DNA of 59,117 bases, counting the filler. It is 6 parts of 6 records of this genome, joined end to end, with 100 filler letters (N's around TTAATTAATTAA, not from the genome) between each part and the next. Parts side by side here need not be neighbours in the genome. Positions count along the whole stretch, not along the records: positions 49,926 to 59,117 come from SRR20825006_491; 5 more parts are not named here. One strand, 5' to 3'. Made by a program: the position numbers and the translations under genes. Below the pieces are notes generated by a model. That model was given only the letters and a program-made list of their open reading frames with translations, did no database searches and had not been told where the DNA came from. Shown piece after piece: positions 49,826-58,696 of the stretch (positions within the stretch are counted from its first letter, which is position 1; the number at the start of each line of letters is the position of its first letter).

Positions 49826-49925
49826 NNNNNNNNNNNNNNNNNNNNNNNNNNNNNNNNNNNNNNNNNNNNTTAATTAATTAANNNNNNNNNNNNNNNNNNN
49901 NNNNNNNNNNNNNNNNNNNNNNNNN
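49826..49925. other. Artificial contig spacer
   Basis: N44-TTAATTAATTAA-N44. Confidence 0.99.
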
Positions 49926-49926
49926 A

Positions 49927-50640
49927 CAAAGCCTGCATGCCGAACAGGCCAAAACGCCGACCAATGGCGATGGTTTTGGTATCGGCTGGTATGACGAGCG
50001 CAAGACGCCCGGTCTTTATCGTGAAATCCTTCCGGCTTGGAATGATCCAAACCTGCGGTCGCTTGCCCATCATATCCGATCAGGCATGTTTTTCGCCCAT
50101 GTCCGGGCATCGACGGGGACCGAAACCAGCCGCACCAACTGCCATCCGTTTGCGCATGACAATTACCTGTTCATGCATAACGGCCAGATCGGGGATTATC
50201 CGTTGGTGCGGCGCGTGCTGGAAGCGATGATCGATGATGAATTTTACGCCACCCGCCATGGCACGACCGATAGCGAGCTTATTTTCTGTCTGATGCTGAC
50301 ATTTGGTTTGCGCACCGATCCGCATCGCGCGATCCGCAAAACCATCGAAGTTGTCGAACGTGAAATGAACGAAAGAGGCGCAACTGCGCCCTTCCGTTTC
50401 ACCGCCTGTCTGTCAAATGGCGAAAGCGTTTGTGCCATCCGCCATGCCAGCGATGACAAGCCGCCATCGCTTTACTGGCGCAAGCGTGGGGATCATGTGA
50501 TTGTCGTGTCCGAACCGCTGGATGCCGAAAGCGATAGCTGGATCGCGGTGGCACCCAACCATACCCTGCATGTTTGCCGTGATTTGAATATCTGCGAAGA
50601 ACCGACACTGTCGGCGACCGGGTGCAAGGGCGCAGCGTAA
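49927..50640 (+). CDS. Class II glutamine amidotransferase (EgtC/Dug3-like), 5' truncated
   Basis: Frame open from the contig edge: NGDGFGIGWY, FFAHVRAST, NCHPF, FMHNG, GTTDSE, VSEPL. Confidence 0.85.
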   Translation, partial: QSLHAEQAKTPTNGDGFGIGWYDERKTPGLYREILPAWNDPNLRSLAHHIRSGMFFAHVRASTGTETSRTNCHPFAHDNYLFMHNGQIGDYPLVRRVLEAMIDDEFYATRHGTTDSELIFCLMLTFGLRTDPHRAIRKTIEVVEREMNERGATAPFRFTACLSNGESVCAIRHASDDKPPSLYWRKRGDHVIVVSEPLDAESDSWIAVAPNHTLHVCRDLNICEEPTLSATGCKGAA

Positions 50641-50642
50641 TC

Positions 50643-51416
50643 CTAGTTCGCGACGATCACCTGTGATCGGCCCCGAACCAGTTGCTGTTGCAAAATATCG
50701 CCCGGTGCGGTGTTAAGCATTACGGTTTTGAAATCCGATGCATGACCATCGCGGCACAGGGCCTTTCTGCCGACCTTTTTTTCATCGACCAATAGGATCG
50801 CGTGATCGCAGCAGGCGACAAGGGCGCGACGTGCGCGGACTTCGTCCATGTTGAAATCCATCAGGTCCCCGGTTTCCGACATCCCCCCGACACTGACAAT
50901 CCCGAAATCGGCGCGGTAGGTGCCAAAGAATTCCGCACTGTCAGCCCCGATGATATCAAGATCGCGGGTGCGGATGGTCCCGCCCGCAAGGCGTAACGTG
51001 ACACTGGGCGCGTTCTGTAATGTCAGTACCACATGGATATTGTTGGTCAGCACCGTCAGATTGCGGTGCGAGGCCAGGCTTTGAGCAGCGAGTTCGGCGG
51101 TGGTGCCGGTGCCAATCGCGATGGTGCAGCCTTCGGGGATGATATCGGCGAGTTTGGCGGCAAGGGCGCGTTTGCCACTGCGATTCCAGACTTCGCGTTT
51201 TTCATAGGCCGAGTTATCCGGATCGGGTGCCGGACCGGCAAGGCCATGACGGCGGAAGATGCGCCCCTGTTCCTGTAAATCGCGCAGATCGGTCCGGATT
51301 GTCTGGACCGAGACGTTAAAGCGGCGTGCCAGTTCTTCGACTGCCATGAAGCCGCAGGATTTGACAAGGGCGACAATCCGGTCGCGGCGGCGGTCAAGTG
51401 GCACGGGATCGGACAT
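50643..51416 (-). CDS. DeoR/GlpR family transcriptional regulator
   Basis: VEELARRFNVSVQTIRTDL HTH, IGTGTT, LTNN, DFNMDE; true start 51416 with AAAGGA RBS (ORF-track start is overextended). Confidence 0.92.
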   Translation of the reverse strand: MSDPVPLDRRRDRIVALVKSCGFMAVEELARRFNVSVQTIRTDLRDLQEQGRIFRRHGLAGPAPDPDNSAYEKREVWNRSGKRALAAKLADIIPEGCTIAIGTGTTAELAAQSLASHRNLTVLTNNIHVVLTLQNAPSVTLRLAGGTIRTRDLDIIGADSAEFFGTYRADFGIVSVGGMSETGDLMDFNMDEVRARRALVACCDHAILLVDEKKVGRKALCRDGHASDFKTVMLNTAPGDILQQQLVRGRSQVIVAN

Positions 51417-51433
51417 TGGTTTCCTTTGATATT

Positions 51434-51447
51434 CTTTCGTTCGAAAG
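51434..51447. promoter_or_regulatory. Putative DeoR/GlpR operator 1
   Basis: CTTTCG-TT-CGAAAG palindrome. Confidence 0.55.
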
Positions 51448-51584
51448 TATGTGTTTCGCGATGTCACGGAGTATAGACAGGCTTGGTTGTGTCTGAAAAG
51501 CCCGGTACGCTTGTTGAAACATTTAATTCTTTGCTTTGTCACACAACTGAAATCGAAATCCATATAGCGTCCCCGTCGGATTGT

Positions 51585-51596
51585 TTTCGAACGAAA
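51585..51596. promoter_or_regulatory. Putative DeoR/GlpR operator 2
   Basis: TTTCG-AA-CGAAA, exact reverse complement of the 12-bp core of operator 1. Confidence 0.55.
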
Positions 51597-51644
51597 CCTT
51601 CGGGGTGGCCGCAAAGGTACGCCCCACGCAATCAAGGGATGTGG

Positions 51645-52628
51645 ATGATGCGTAACGTTCTTCTTGCTGCCGTGGCTTCGGCTGCGATGATGCTGCCAGT
51701 TGTTGGTCAGGCCGCCGAGAAACTGGTTCTTTATACCAGCCAGCCAAATCAGGATGCCCAGACCACCGTCGATGCCTTCAAGGCTGCCTATCCGGATGTT
51801 GAAGTCGAATGGGTGCGTGATGGCACCACCAAGCTGATGGCAAAGCTGCGTGCCGAGATTGCAGCAGGTGATCCGCGCCCGGATGTTTTGCTGATTGCGG
51901 ATACCGTGACACTGGAAGGCATGAAGGGCGAAGGCCTGTTGCAGGCGTATAAATCGCCCGAAGCATCGGCCTATGAAGCCGCCCTTTATGATGCGGATGG
52001 TTATTACTATTCGACCAAGCTGATTACGACCGGAATTGTTTATAATACTGGTGTCGAGAAAGCCCCGAAAAGCTGGGCCGATCTTGCCGATCCGGCGATG
52101 AAAAATCAGGTCGTGATGCCAAGCCCGCTTTATTCCGGTGCGGCCCTTATTCATCTGTCGACCCTGACGGAAAACAAGGAACTGGGTTGGGACTATTATC
52201 AGGCACTGGCTGCGAACGAAGCGCGCGCACAGGGTGGTAATGGCGGCGTGTTCAAGGCCGTTGCATCGGGCGAAAAGCCGTATGGTGTGGTTGTCGATTT
52301 CCTTGCGATCCGTGGCAAGGCCGAAGGTTCGCCCGTTGATTTCGTCTTCCCGACCGAGGGTGTCACTTATGTGACCGAGCCGGTTGCGATCATGAAAGAC
52401 GCCAAAAACGTCGATGCGGCGCACAAGTTTGTTGATTTCGTTCTGTCGAGCAAAGGCCAGGAACTGGTTCTGGACATGGGTTATGTCCCGGCGCGCGGCG
52501 ACATGGCATTGCCGGAAGGTTTCCCGGCACGCAGCGACATCAAGCTGATGGATTTCAATCCGGCAGTGGCGCTGGAGCAGGCAGAAGCGAACAAGAAAAA
52601 GTTCGCGGACATTTTCGGGGCTGAATAA
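51645..52628 (+). CDS. ABC substrate-binding protein (AfuA/FbpA-like family)
   Basis: Signal peptide, LVLYTSQ, DGTTKL..KL.AE, PKSWADL, PSPLYSG, FPTEG. Confidence 0.88.
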   Translation: MMRNVLLAAVASAAMMLPVVGQAAEKLVLYTSQPNQDAQTTVDAFKAAYPDVEVEWVRDGTTKLMAKLRAEIAAGDPRPDVLLIADTVTLEGMKGEGLLQAYKSPEASAYEAALYDADGYYYSTKLITTGIVYNTGVEKAPKSWADLADPAMKNQVVMPSPLYSGAALIHLSTLTENKELGWDYYQALAANEARAQGGNGGVFKAVASGEKPYGVVVDFLAIRGKAEGSPVDFVFPTEGVTYVTEPVAIMKDAKNVDAAHKFVDFVLSSKGQELVLDMGYVPARGDMALPEGFPARSDIKLMDFNPAVALEQAEANKKKFADIFGAE

Positions 52629-54364
52629 TGCAGGCTGCAAGTCGCCTTCGCGGCTTCATGCCCGGCTTTGCAAGCCCAACGGTTGGCAACCGGTCTTCGG
52701 ACCGGTTGTTACCGTGGCTTTTATTGCCGGTGTTCGTGATTTCGATTTTACCGATTGCGCGCCTTGCGATTGAAGGCGTGTTTGTCGGTGGTGTGCCCAG
52801 TGCGGATTACATCCGCGATGTTCTGGGTAGTTCGACGACATGGCGGGCAACTGCCAACAGTCTTTATACCGCAGGGCTTGGAACGATCATTTCGCTTTTG
52901 ATTGGGGGCGCATTTGCCTTTCTGGTCGCGCTGACCGATATCCGCGCCAAGGCGGTACTGGTTTTCTGTTTCATGATCCCGATGATGATCCCGCCGCAGA
53001 TCACGGCGTTGGCGTGGGTGCAACTGACCGGGCCGAGCAGTGCACTTTTGAATGCGCTTGGCATGGCACCCCCGATGGGATCGCCCCAGCCGTTTTATTC
53101 GGCCGAGGGGATTGCGCTTTTGCTGGGGATTCAGCATGCATCAATCGTGTTTTTGACCCTTCGGGCCAATTTGCGCATGCTGCCGCGCGAACAGATCGAA
53201 GCAGCCCGTTTGGCGGGTGCGCGTGGCGGTCGTTTGTGGTGGCAGATCATTTTGCCACTGACCAGTCCCGGTCTGATCGCCGGAACCGCGATGGCGTTTG
53301 TCACGGCCCTTGGCAATTTCGGGATACCGGCGATGCTGGGGATACCCGCCAATTATTCGACATTACCGACCCTGATTTATCAGAAGCTGGCCGGATTTGG
53401 CCCGTCGGTTCTGGGCGAGGTATCGGTGCTGGCGATGCTGATCGGGATGATTGCGATTTTGGGTGTGGCGGTGCATCACCGGTTACTAGGCAAGCGTGAC
53501 TATCGTCTGATGGGGATGGTGGGGCGGCCACTTGATATCCGGTTGGGCGCACGCAGGACATTGGTTGAAGCGGTGCTTTGGGCGGTTTTGATGGCCATTC
53601 TGGTGATCCCGTTGATGGCGTTGGTTGCGACCGCACTGGTCCCGGCATTTGGTGTTAAGCTGAGCCTTGCCAATTACAGTTTTGATGCGTTTTACGAAGT
53701 CCTGTTTGTTCAGCCATCGACCATCCGGGCGTTCCATAACAGTTTCATGTTGTCGGTCGGGGCGGCGGTGACGCTGGTCGCGATCTGTTTGCCGCTGGCC
53801 TATGTGATTGTAAGGCGGCCGACCCGGTTGACCCATATGGTCAATCTTCTGGTCGAGGTGCCCTATGCCTTGCCCGGTGTGGTTCTGGCGATTGCCTGCA
53901 TTCTTCTGTTCATCCGCATTCCGGTAATCGATGTCAGTTTGTATGGCACGCTTGCGATCATTTTTGTTGCCTATCTGGCGCGGTTTCTGGTGATTGCGCT
54001 GCGCCCGGTGATGAACAGTTTTTCCCAGCTTGATCCGGCATTGGAAGAGGCGGCACAGGCGTGCGGTGCAGGACTTGGTCGCCGGTTGCGCGATATTCTG
54101 CTGCCATTGGCGGCACCGTCGGCAGCGGCTGGGGCGTTGCTGGTGTTTTTGACGGCGTTTAACGAATTGACGGTTTCGGCCCTTCTGTGGTCGGCCGGAA
54201 ACGAGACGCTGGGCGTTTTGATTTTCAATCTGGATGACAGTGGCGATACCGTTCTGGCCTCGGCCGTGGCGGTATTGGTCGTGCTGGTTGTTATTGCGTT
54301 GATGACCGGTTTCCAACTGGCATCACGTCGTTTGCCCAAGGGAGTTGTACCATGGCAGACATAA
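52628..54364 (+). CDS. ABC permease, two-module AfuB/FbpB type
   Basis: Two EAA loops (EAARLAGA, EEAAQACGA), NFGIPAMLG, PYALPG. Confidence 0.9.
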   Translation: MQAASRLRGFMPGFASPTVGNRSSDRLLPWLLLPVFVISILPIARLAIEGVFVGGVPSADYIRDVLGSSTTWRATANSLYTAGLGTIISLLIGGAFAFLVALTDIRAKAVLVFCFMIPMMIPPQITALAWVQLTGPSSALLNALGMAPPMGSPQPFYSAEGIALLLGIQHASIVFLTLRANLRMLPREQIEAARLAGARGGRLWWQIILPLTSPGLIAGTAMAFVTALGNFGIPAMLGIPANYSTLPTLIYQKLAGFGPSVLGEVSVLAMLIGMIAILGVAVHHRLLGKRDYRLMGMVGRPLDIRLGARRTLVEAVLWAVLMAILVIPLMALVATALVPAFGVKLSLANYSFDAFYEVLFVQPSTIRAFHNSFMLSVGAAVTLVAICLPLAYVIVRRPTRLTHMVNLLVEVPYALPGVVLAIACILLFIRIPVIDVSLYGTLAIIFVAYLARFLVIALRPVMNSFSQLDPALEEAAQACGAGLGRRLRDILLPLAAPSAAAGALLVFLTAFNELTVSALLWSAGNETLGVLIFNLDDSGDTVLASAVAVLVVLVVIALMTGFQLASRRLPKGVVPWQT

Positions 54365-55428
54365 ATCTTTCGCGGATTACCAAATCTTTTGGCGATTACC
54401 GCGCGGTCAATCAGGTATCGCTTGATATCCATGATGGCGAATTTGTTGCCCTTTTGGGGCCGTCGGGTTGTGGCAAGACGACGTTGCTGCGTCTTCTGGC
54501 CGGTTTCGAAGAACCCGATCAGGGCGTCATAGCCTTGGGCGGGCAGGCAGTTGCCGATCCGGTCAACGGGGTGATGATCAATCCAGAGGCACGCAATCTT
54601 GGCATCGTGTTTCAGTCCTATGCGCTTTGGCCGCATATGTCGGTGGCGCGCAATGTCGGTTATCCGTTGGAGGTGCGCGGGCTTGGCCGGGCGGAACGTG
54701 AGGCGAAAATTGCCGAGGCATTGTCGATTGTCGCCCTTGAACCTTATGCCGACCGCAGCCCGACGGAACTTTCGGGTGGGCAGCGCCAGCGGGTTGCATT
54801 GGCGCGATGTCTGGTGATGGAGCCGCGCGCGGTGTTGCTGGATGAACCGCTTGCAAACCTTGATGTGCATCTGCGCGAAACCATGCAGCAGGCATTTCTG
54901 GATTTCCATCGCCGGACCGGGGCGACGATGATTTACGTCACCCACGATCAGGCCGAAGCCATGGCCATGGCCGACCGGATTGCGGTGATGGACAAGGGCT
55001 GCATTCGTCAGATGGCGGCCCCGGAAACCCTTTACCGTGAACCGGCGGATCATATGGTCGCGGGCTTTGTCGGGGCCGGGGCGGTGTTGCCGATTGGTGA
55101 CGTATCCATGCGGGGTGCCGGACGGTGTTCGGTGCGATTGGGCGATGCGGCGATCCATGCGCGGATTTGCCAGAAGGCGGCCAGCAATATGAACGAACTT
55201 GGTTTGTGTTTGCGGCCAGAGGATGTCTGGGTCGACGAGGCCGGGACATTGCGCGGTTCGGTTGAGGATTGCGTTTATCTGGGCGGTCGGTTCCGTCTTC
55301 AGGTGCGGGTCGGTGCCGACCAGGTTTTACCGGTTTATGCGACGAAACGCGCACGGATCGGCGAAGCCGTCGGATTGGTGATTTCCGATGGCTGGGTGTT
55401 TAACCGATCAGAAGGTGAGGCCGCCTGA
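54352..55428 (+). CDS. ABC ATP-binding subunit (AfuC/PotA-like, TOBE tail)
   Basis: GPSGCGKT, FQSYALWPHM, LSGGQRQR, LLDEP, VTHDQ. Confidence 0.92.
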   Translation: MADINLSRITKSFGDYRAVNQVSLDIHDGEFVALLGPSGCGKTTLLRLLAGFEEPDQGVIALGGQAVADPVNGVMINPEARNLGIVFQSYALWPHMSVARNVGYPLEVRGLGRAEREAKIAEALSIVALEPYADRSPTELSGGQRQRVALARCLVMEPRAVLLDEPLANLDVHLRETMQQAFLDFHRRTGATMIYVTHDQAEAMAMADRIAVMDKGCIRQMAAPETLYREPADHMVAGFVGAGAVLPIGDVSMRGAGRCSVRLGDAAIHARICQKAASNMNELGLCLRPEDVWVDEAGTLRGSVEDCVYLGGRFRLQVRVGADQVLPVYATKRARIGEAVGLVISDGWVFNRSEGEAA

Positions 55429-56516
55429 TGTCTGCCCGGATGCGTGTTTTATCGGGCCTTGGTGAAAAAGGCCCGGCCTGTTTGCGGTTGGAATTTTTCA
55501 ATCGGCGATGGTTGCTGGATTGCGGGGTCGGCCCGGAAAATGACAGCGGTTTTGATCCGGCATGGTTGAACAAGGTTAACGCCGTTTTCATTACACACGA
55601 CCATGTCGATCATATCGGTGCCGCGGCGGAGGTGATAGCAGCCGGTTTACCGATTTACTGTACCGAGGTCACGGCGCGATCCCTGCCTGCAGGGGCGAAT
55701 GTGATCATTCTGCCGCCCTATGGGGAAATCCAGGTTGACGGTGTGACCGTCACCACCGGGCGGACCGGGCATGCCTTTGGCGGGGTGTGGCTGCATTTCG
55801 AACTGGGCGGCGGGGTTCTTTACACCGGTGATTTCTGCAAGGAGTCTGATTACTTCCTTTATGATATACCACCGGATGCTGCGACGGTTTTGATGGATGC
55901 GTCCTATGGTATGGAGCGCCTGACACAACAGGTGCGGATCGACGGGCTTTTGACCAAGATGTCCAAACTTGACGGCCAAATCCTGTTTCCCGTACCGCCG
56001 AGCGGACGGGCAGCTGAAATGGCATTGCTGTTTGAAAAGCACGGCATGACCGATTGGTCGATGGATGCGCGGTGCTATGGCCGGGTCAAACAGGTTCTGG
56101 GGGATGGCGGATCGGATTATGTATCGTTTGATGCGATCAAAAAGCTGCGAGGGCTTAAGGACAAGGCGCGTGATTTCAATCCGGATGCCAGATTGCTTTT
56201 GTGTCACGCGCCGTGCGGAACATATGGCATGGCGGGCGAACTGATTGAAAAATGGGGGCAGGACGGACGGCTGGGCCGCGATGCGCATGTAATCTTTACC
56301 GGTTTCATGCCAGCCGAGGCGCGCCGCATGGTCGAAAAGGGGCATGCGCATTTCCGGCGCTGGAACGTGCATCCGTTGTTTGATGATGTGGTCGCGATGG
56401 CCAATGATTGCCACGCGATGCAGATCGTGCCGCTGTTTAATGGCCGTCCCGAGGACTTTAGCCTTGTCGATGGCTTTGACGGGCGGTTACAGCTTTCGGA
56501 TCGGTTTTATCTGTAA
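55428..56516 (+). CDS. MBL-fold metallo-hydrolase, compact beta-CASP type
   Basis: LLDCG, THDHVDHIG, GHAFGG, YTGDF, MDASYG, FPVPPSGR, NVHP; TGATG coupling. Confidence 0.85.
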   Translation: MSARMRVLSGLGEKGPACLRLEFFNRRWLLDCGVGPENDSGFDPAWLNKVNAVFITHDHVDHIGAAAEVIAAGLPIYCTEVTARSLPAGANVIILPPYGEIQVDGVTVTTGRTGHAFGGVWLHFELGGGVLYTGDFCKESDYFLYDIPPDAATVLMDASYGMERLTQQVRIDGLLTKMSKLDGQILFPVPPSGRAAEMALLFEKHGMTDWSMDARCYGRVKQVLGDGGSDYVSFDAIKKLRGLKDKARDFNPDARLLLCHAPCGTYGMAGELIEKWGQDGRLGRDAHVIFTGFMPAEARRMVEKGHAHFRRWNVHPLFDDVVAMANDCHAMQIVPLFNGRPEDFSLVDGFDGRLQLSDRFYL

Positions 56517-56533
56517 ATGGGCAATGACCAGAC

Positions 56534-57124
56534 ATGATTTATCCTGCAAAGACGTTCGATTTTCCGAAAGTGCCGTTTGTGTTTATTCGGCACGGGGAAA
56601 CCGATGCCAACAAGGCCGAAATCATCGCCGGGTCAAGCGAGCCGCCATTGAACAATGCCGGTCGCGAACAGGCGCGTGCGATTGCGCCATTGATGGCGAT
56701 GGCAAAATGGCAGGCGGTTTATGTCAGCCCGCAGGACAGGGCGCGCAAAACAGCCGAACTGGTTTTGCCCGATTATGATTTGCATATTCTTGACGGGTTG
56801 CGCGAACGCCATTGGGGTGACCTTGAAGGCCGCCCGATTGCCGAGGCTGGATCACGGTTCGATACCCCGCCCAATGGCGAAGGGTTCGATGCGATGTGTC
56901 AGCGGGTATCGTTTGCCATGCAAACAGCTCTGGCCGAGGTAAGCGACCGTTTGACCGTGGTGGTTGCCCATTCCGGTGTCGGGCGTTGCATTCTTTATAT
57001 GACCGGTTTTGATGCCGAAGGTCCGCGTATTGCAAATGCAACGCCGATTCTGTTCCGCCCGGTCGGAACGGGATGGGAATATGAAAATTTGACCGAAGAT
57101 CTGATCAGGGAGATTTCCGCGTGA
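56534..57124 (+). CDS. Histidine phosphatase (phosphoglycerate mutase superfamily)
   Basis: IRHGET..N, SP..RA..TA, LRERHWGDLEG, VAHSG. Confidence 0.9.
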   Translation: MIYPAKTFDFPKVPFVFIRHGETDANKAEIIAGSSEPPLNNAGREQARAIAPLMAMAKWQAVYVSPQDRARKTAELVLPDYDLHILDGLRERHWGDLEGRPIAEAGSRFDTPPNGEGFDAMCQRVSFAMQTALAEVSDRLTVVVAHSGVGRCILYMTGFDAEGPRIANATPILFRPVGTGWEYENLTEDLIREISA

Positions 57125-57612
57125 CCCAGCCAGAAACCATAATATCCGGTTCGATCAGTAACCCGCGTGATGCGGTGGTGTTCGATATGGATGGCACGCT
57201 GGCCTATTTCGATGCCGATGAATTGGGGCATCTGGTGCATGGGGTGGAAAAGCATTGGGATGCGTTTTTCGATGCAATGGATAAAGCCGCCCCGATTGCC
57301 GATATCGAACGGCTTTTGCGCGTTTTGCACCAATCCGGGCAGGCGATTGTGATTTGTTCGGGCCGCCCGGCCGGGTGGCAGCACCGGTCCGAAGCATGGC
57401 TTCGGGCACATGGCATTCCGTTTGATGGCATGTATCTGCGCCCGGAAGATGCCGATCACCGCACGGACGAGGAAGTCAAAGAAGACCTTCTGGCACAAAT
57501 CCGTGCCGACGGCTTCAACCCGTGGCTGGTAGTCGATGACCGCAAGCGCGTGGTGGACAAATGGCGCGATATGGGGTTGACCTGCCTGCAATGTGCGCCG
57601 GGGGATTTTTAA
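57121..57612 (+). CDS. HAD phosphatase, T4 polynucleotide kinase/phosphatase C-terminal type
   Basis: FDMDGTLA, SGRP, R...D.R.DEEVKE, DDRKRVVDKWR.MG..C.Q.APGDF; GTGA coupling. Confidence 0.85.
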   Translation: MTQPETIISGSISNPRDAVVFDMDGTLAYFDADELGHLVHGVEKHWDAFFDAMDKAAPIADIERLLRVLHQSGQAIVICSGRPAGWQHRSEAWLRAHGIPFDGMYLRPEDADHRTDEEVKEDLLAQIRADGFNPWLVVDDRKRVVDKWRDMGLTCLQCAPGDF

Positions 57613-57625
57613 GGCCTTGATAGAG

Positions 57626-57651
57626 AAAGACCGGCGCGTGTGCCGGTCTTT
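57626..57651. terminator. Bidirectional terminator
   Basis: AAAGACCGGC-6nt-GCCGGTCTTT between the operon end and msrB. Confidence 0.8.
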
Positions 57652-57657
57652 GCTGTT

Positions 57658-58098
57658 TTAATCAAAAAGCGGTTTGTATTCGCCGTATCCTTCGGCCTCT
57701 AGATCGCGGACGGGGATAAAACGCAGCGATGCGGAATTGATGCAATAGCGCAGGCCACCGGCTTCTTTGGGGCCATCGGGGAAGACATGGCCCAGATGAC
57801 TGTCACCATGTTTGGAGCGGACTTCGATCCGGCGCATGCCGTGGGTATTGTCCTCTCGTGCGACGACATGATCTGTTTCGACAGGTCGGGTGAAGCTTGG
57901 CCAGCCACAGCCGGAATCAAACTTGTCGCGGGATGTAAATAACGGCTCGCCCGAGACGATATCGACATAAAGCCCGTCTTCCTTGTGATCCCAGAATTCA
58001 TTGCGAAACGGTGGTTCGGTGCCGCTGTTTTGCGTGACGTGATACTGGTTGGCGTCAAGGGCTTTGATTGCGTCCGGGTTCTTGGTGTATTTCGTCAT
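57658..58098 (-). CDS. msrB: Peptide-methionine (R)-S-oxide reductase
   Basis: [35 protein letters not shown]. Confidence 0.96.
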   Translation of the reverse strand: MTKYTKNPDAIKALDANQYHVTQNSGTEPPFRNEFWDHKEDGLYVDIVSGEPLFTSRDKFDSGCGWPSFTRPVETDHVVAREDNTHGMRRIEVRSKHGDSHLGHVFPDGPKEAGGLRYCINSASLRFIPVRDLEAEGYGEYKPLFD

Positions 58099-58199
58099 GG
58101 TTTCTCCGGGAGGCGTGATTTGGTCATGCTTCCGAAGATGGTCGGATTGGGCGCAATGTCCAGTGCCTTCACGGCAAAGTTATGGATTTTGGGACCGGA

Positions 58200-58664
58200 T
58201 CACCCTTGGCACCAGGGTTGGCGTTTTGTTTTGCCGTCATAGGGGCGGGCGAGACCCTGATTGATCAGTTCCTGATCGAGTGCCCTGCCGTCAATGCGCA
58301 CCGATGCGACGACGCGTCCGCCATAACGGCCCCATTCCGGTTCGCAGAATTCAACGCGTTTGGCCGATTTCAGGCTTTGACGGGCGAAATCGCGGGCTTT
58401 GCCCGCAAGGGACTTTTCGCTTTCGCATTTGCCGCGTATTTCGGGGGTGTCCACGCCGCGCACACGTACCGACATTTCGGCAATTTCGCCGGGAAGGCCG
58501 GGGATATTCACATAGATGGTATCGCCATCATAAGCGTATTCACCGTGCCGTTCGCGCAGCGGCCAGTCATAGCAGGCAGCGATAGCCGAGATGGAGGCCG
58601 CGGGCAGAAACATGCTGCAAAGTGTTAGAGGTGCGATGGTGAGTCGGATTGAGGTGCGGGGCAT
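58200..58664 (-). CDS. Secreted thermonuclease (SNase) family protein
   Basis: Signal peptide, YDGDT, VRVRGVDTPE, RYGGR, LI..GLARPYDG. Confidence 0.85.
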   Translation of the reverse strand: MPRTSIRLTIAPLTLCSMFLPAASISAIAACYDWPLRERHGEYAYDGDTIYVNIPGLPGEIAEMSVRVRGVDTPEIRGKCESEKSLAGKARDFARQSLKSAKRVEFCEPEWGRYGGRVVASVRIDGRALDQELINQGLARPYDGKTKRQPWCQG

Positions 58665-58696
58665 GTGGGGTGTTCTTTTGACTTGTCTAAGGCGGA

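Noticed and set aside
50643-52640. 665-aa ORF as a large DeoR fusion protein
   Set aside because: The first 408 codons are mostly the antisense shadow of the binding-protein gene and the intergenic region; the DeoR HTH and RBS begin at 51416.
53971-55158. 395-aa minus-strand ORF
   Set aside because: Antisense shadow of the ABC permease and ATPase.
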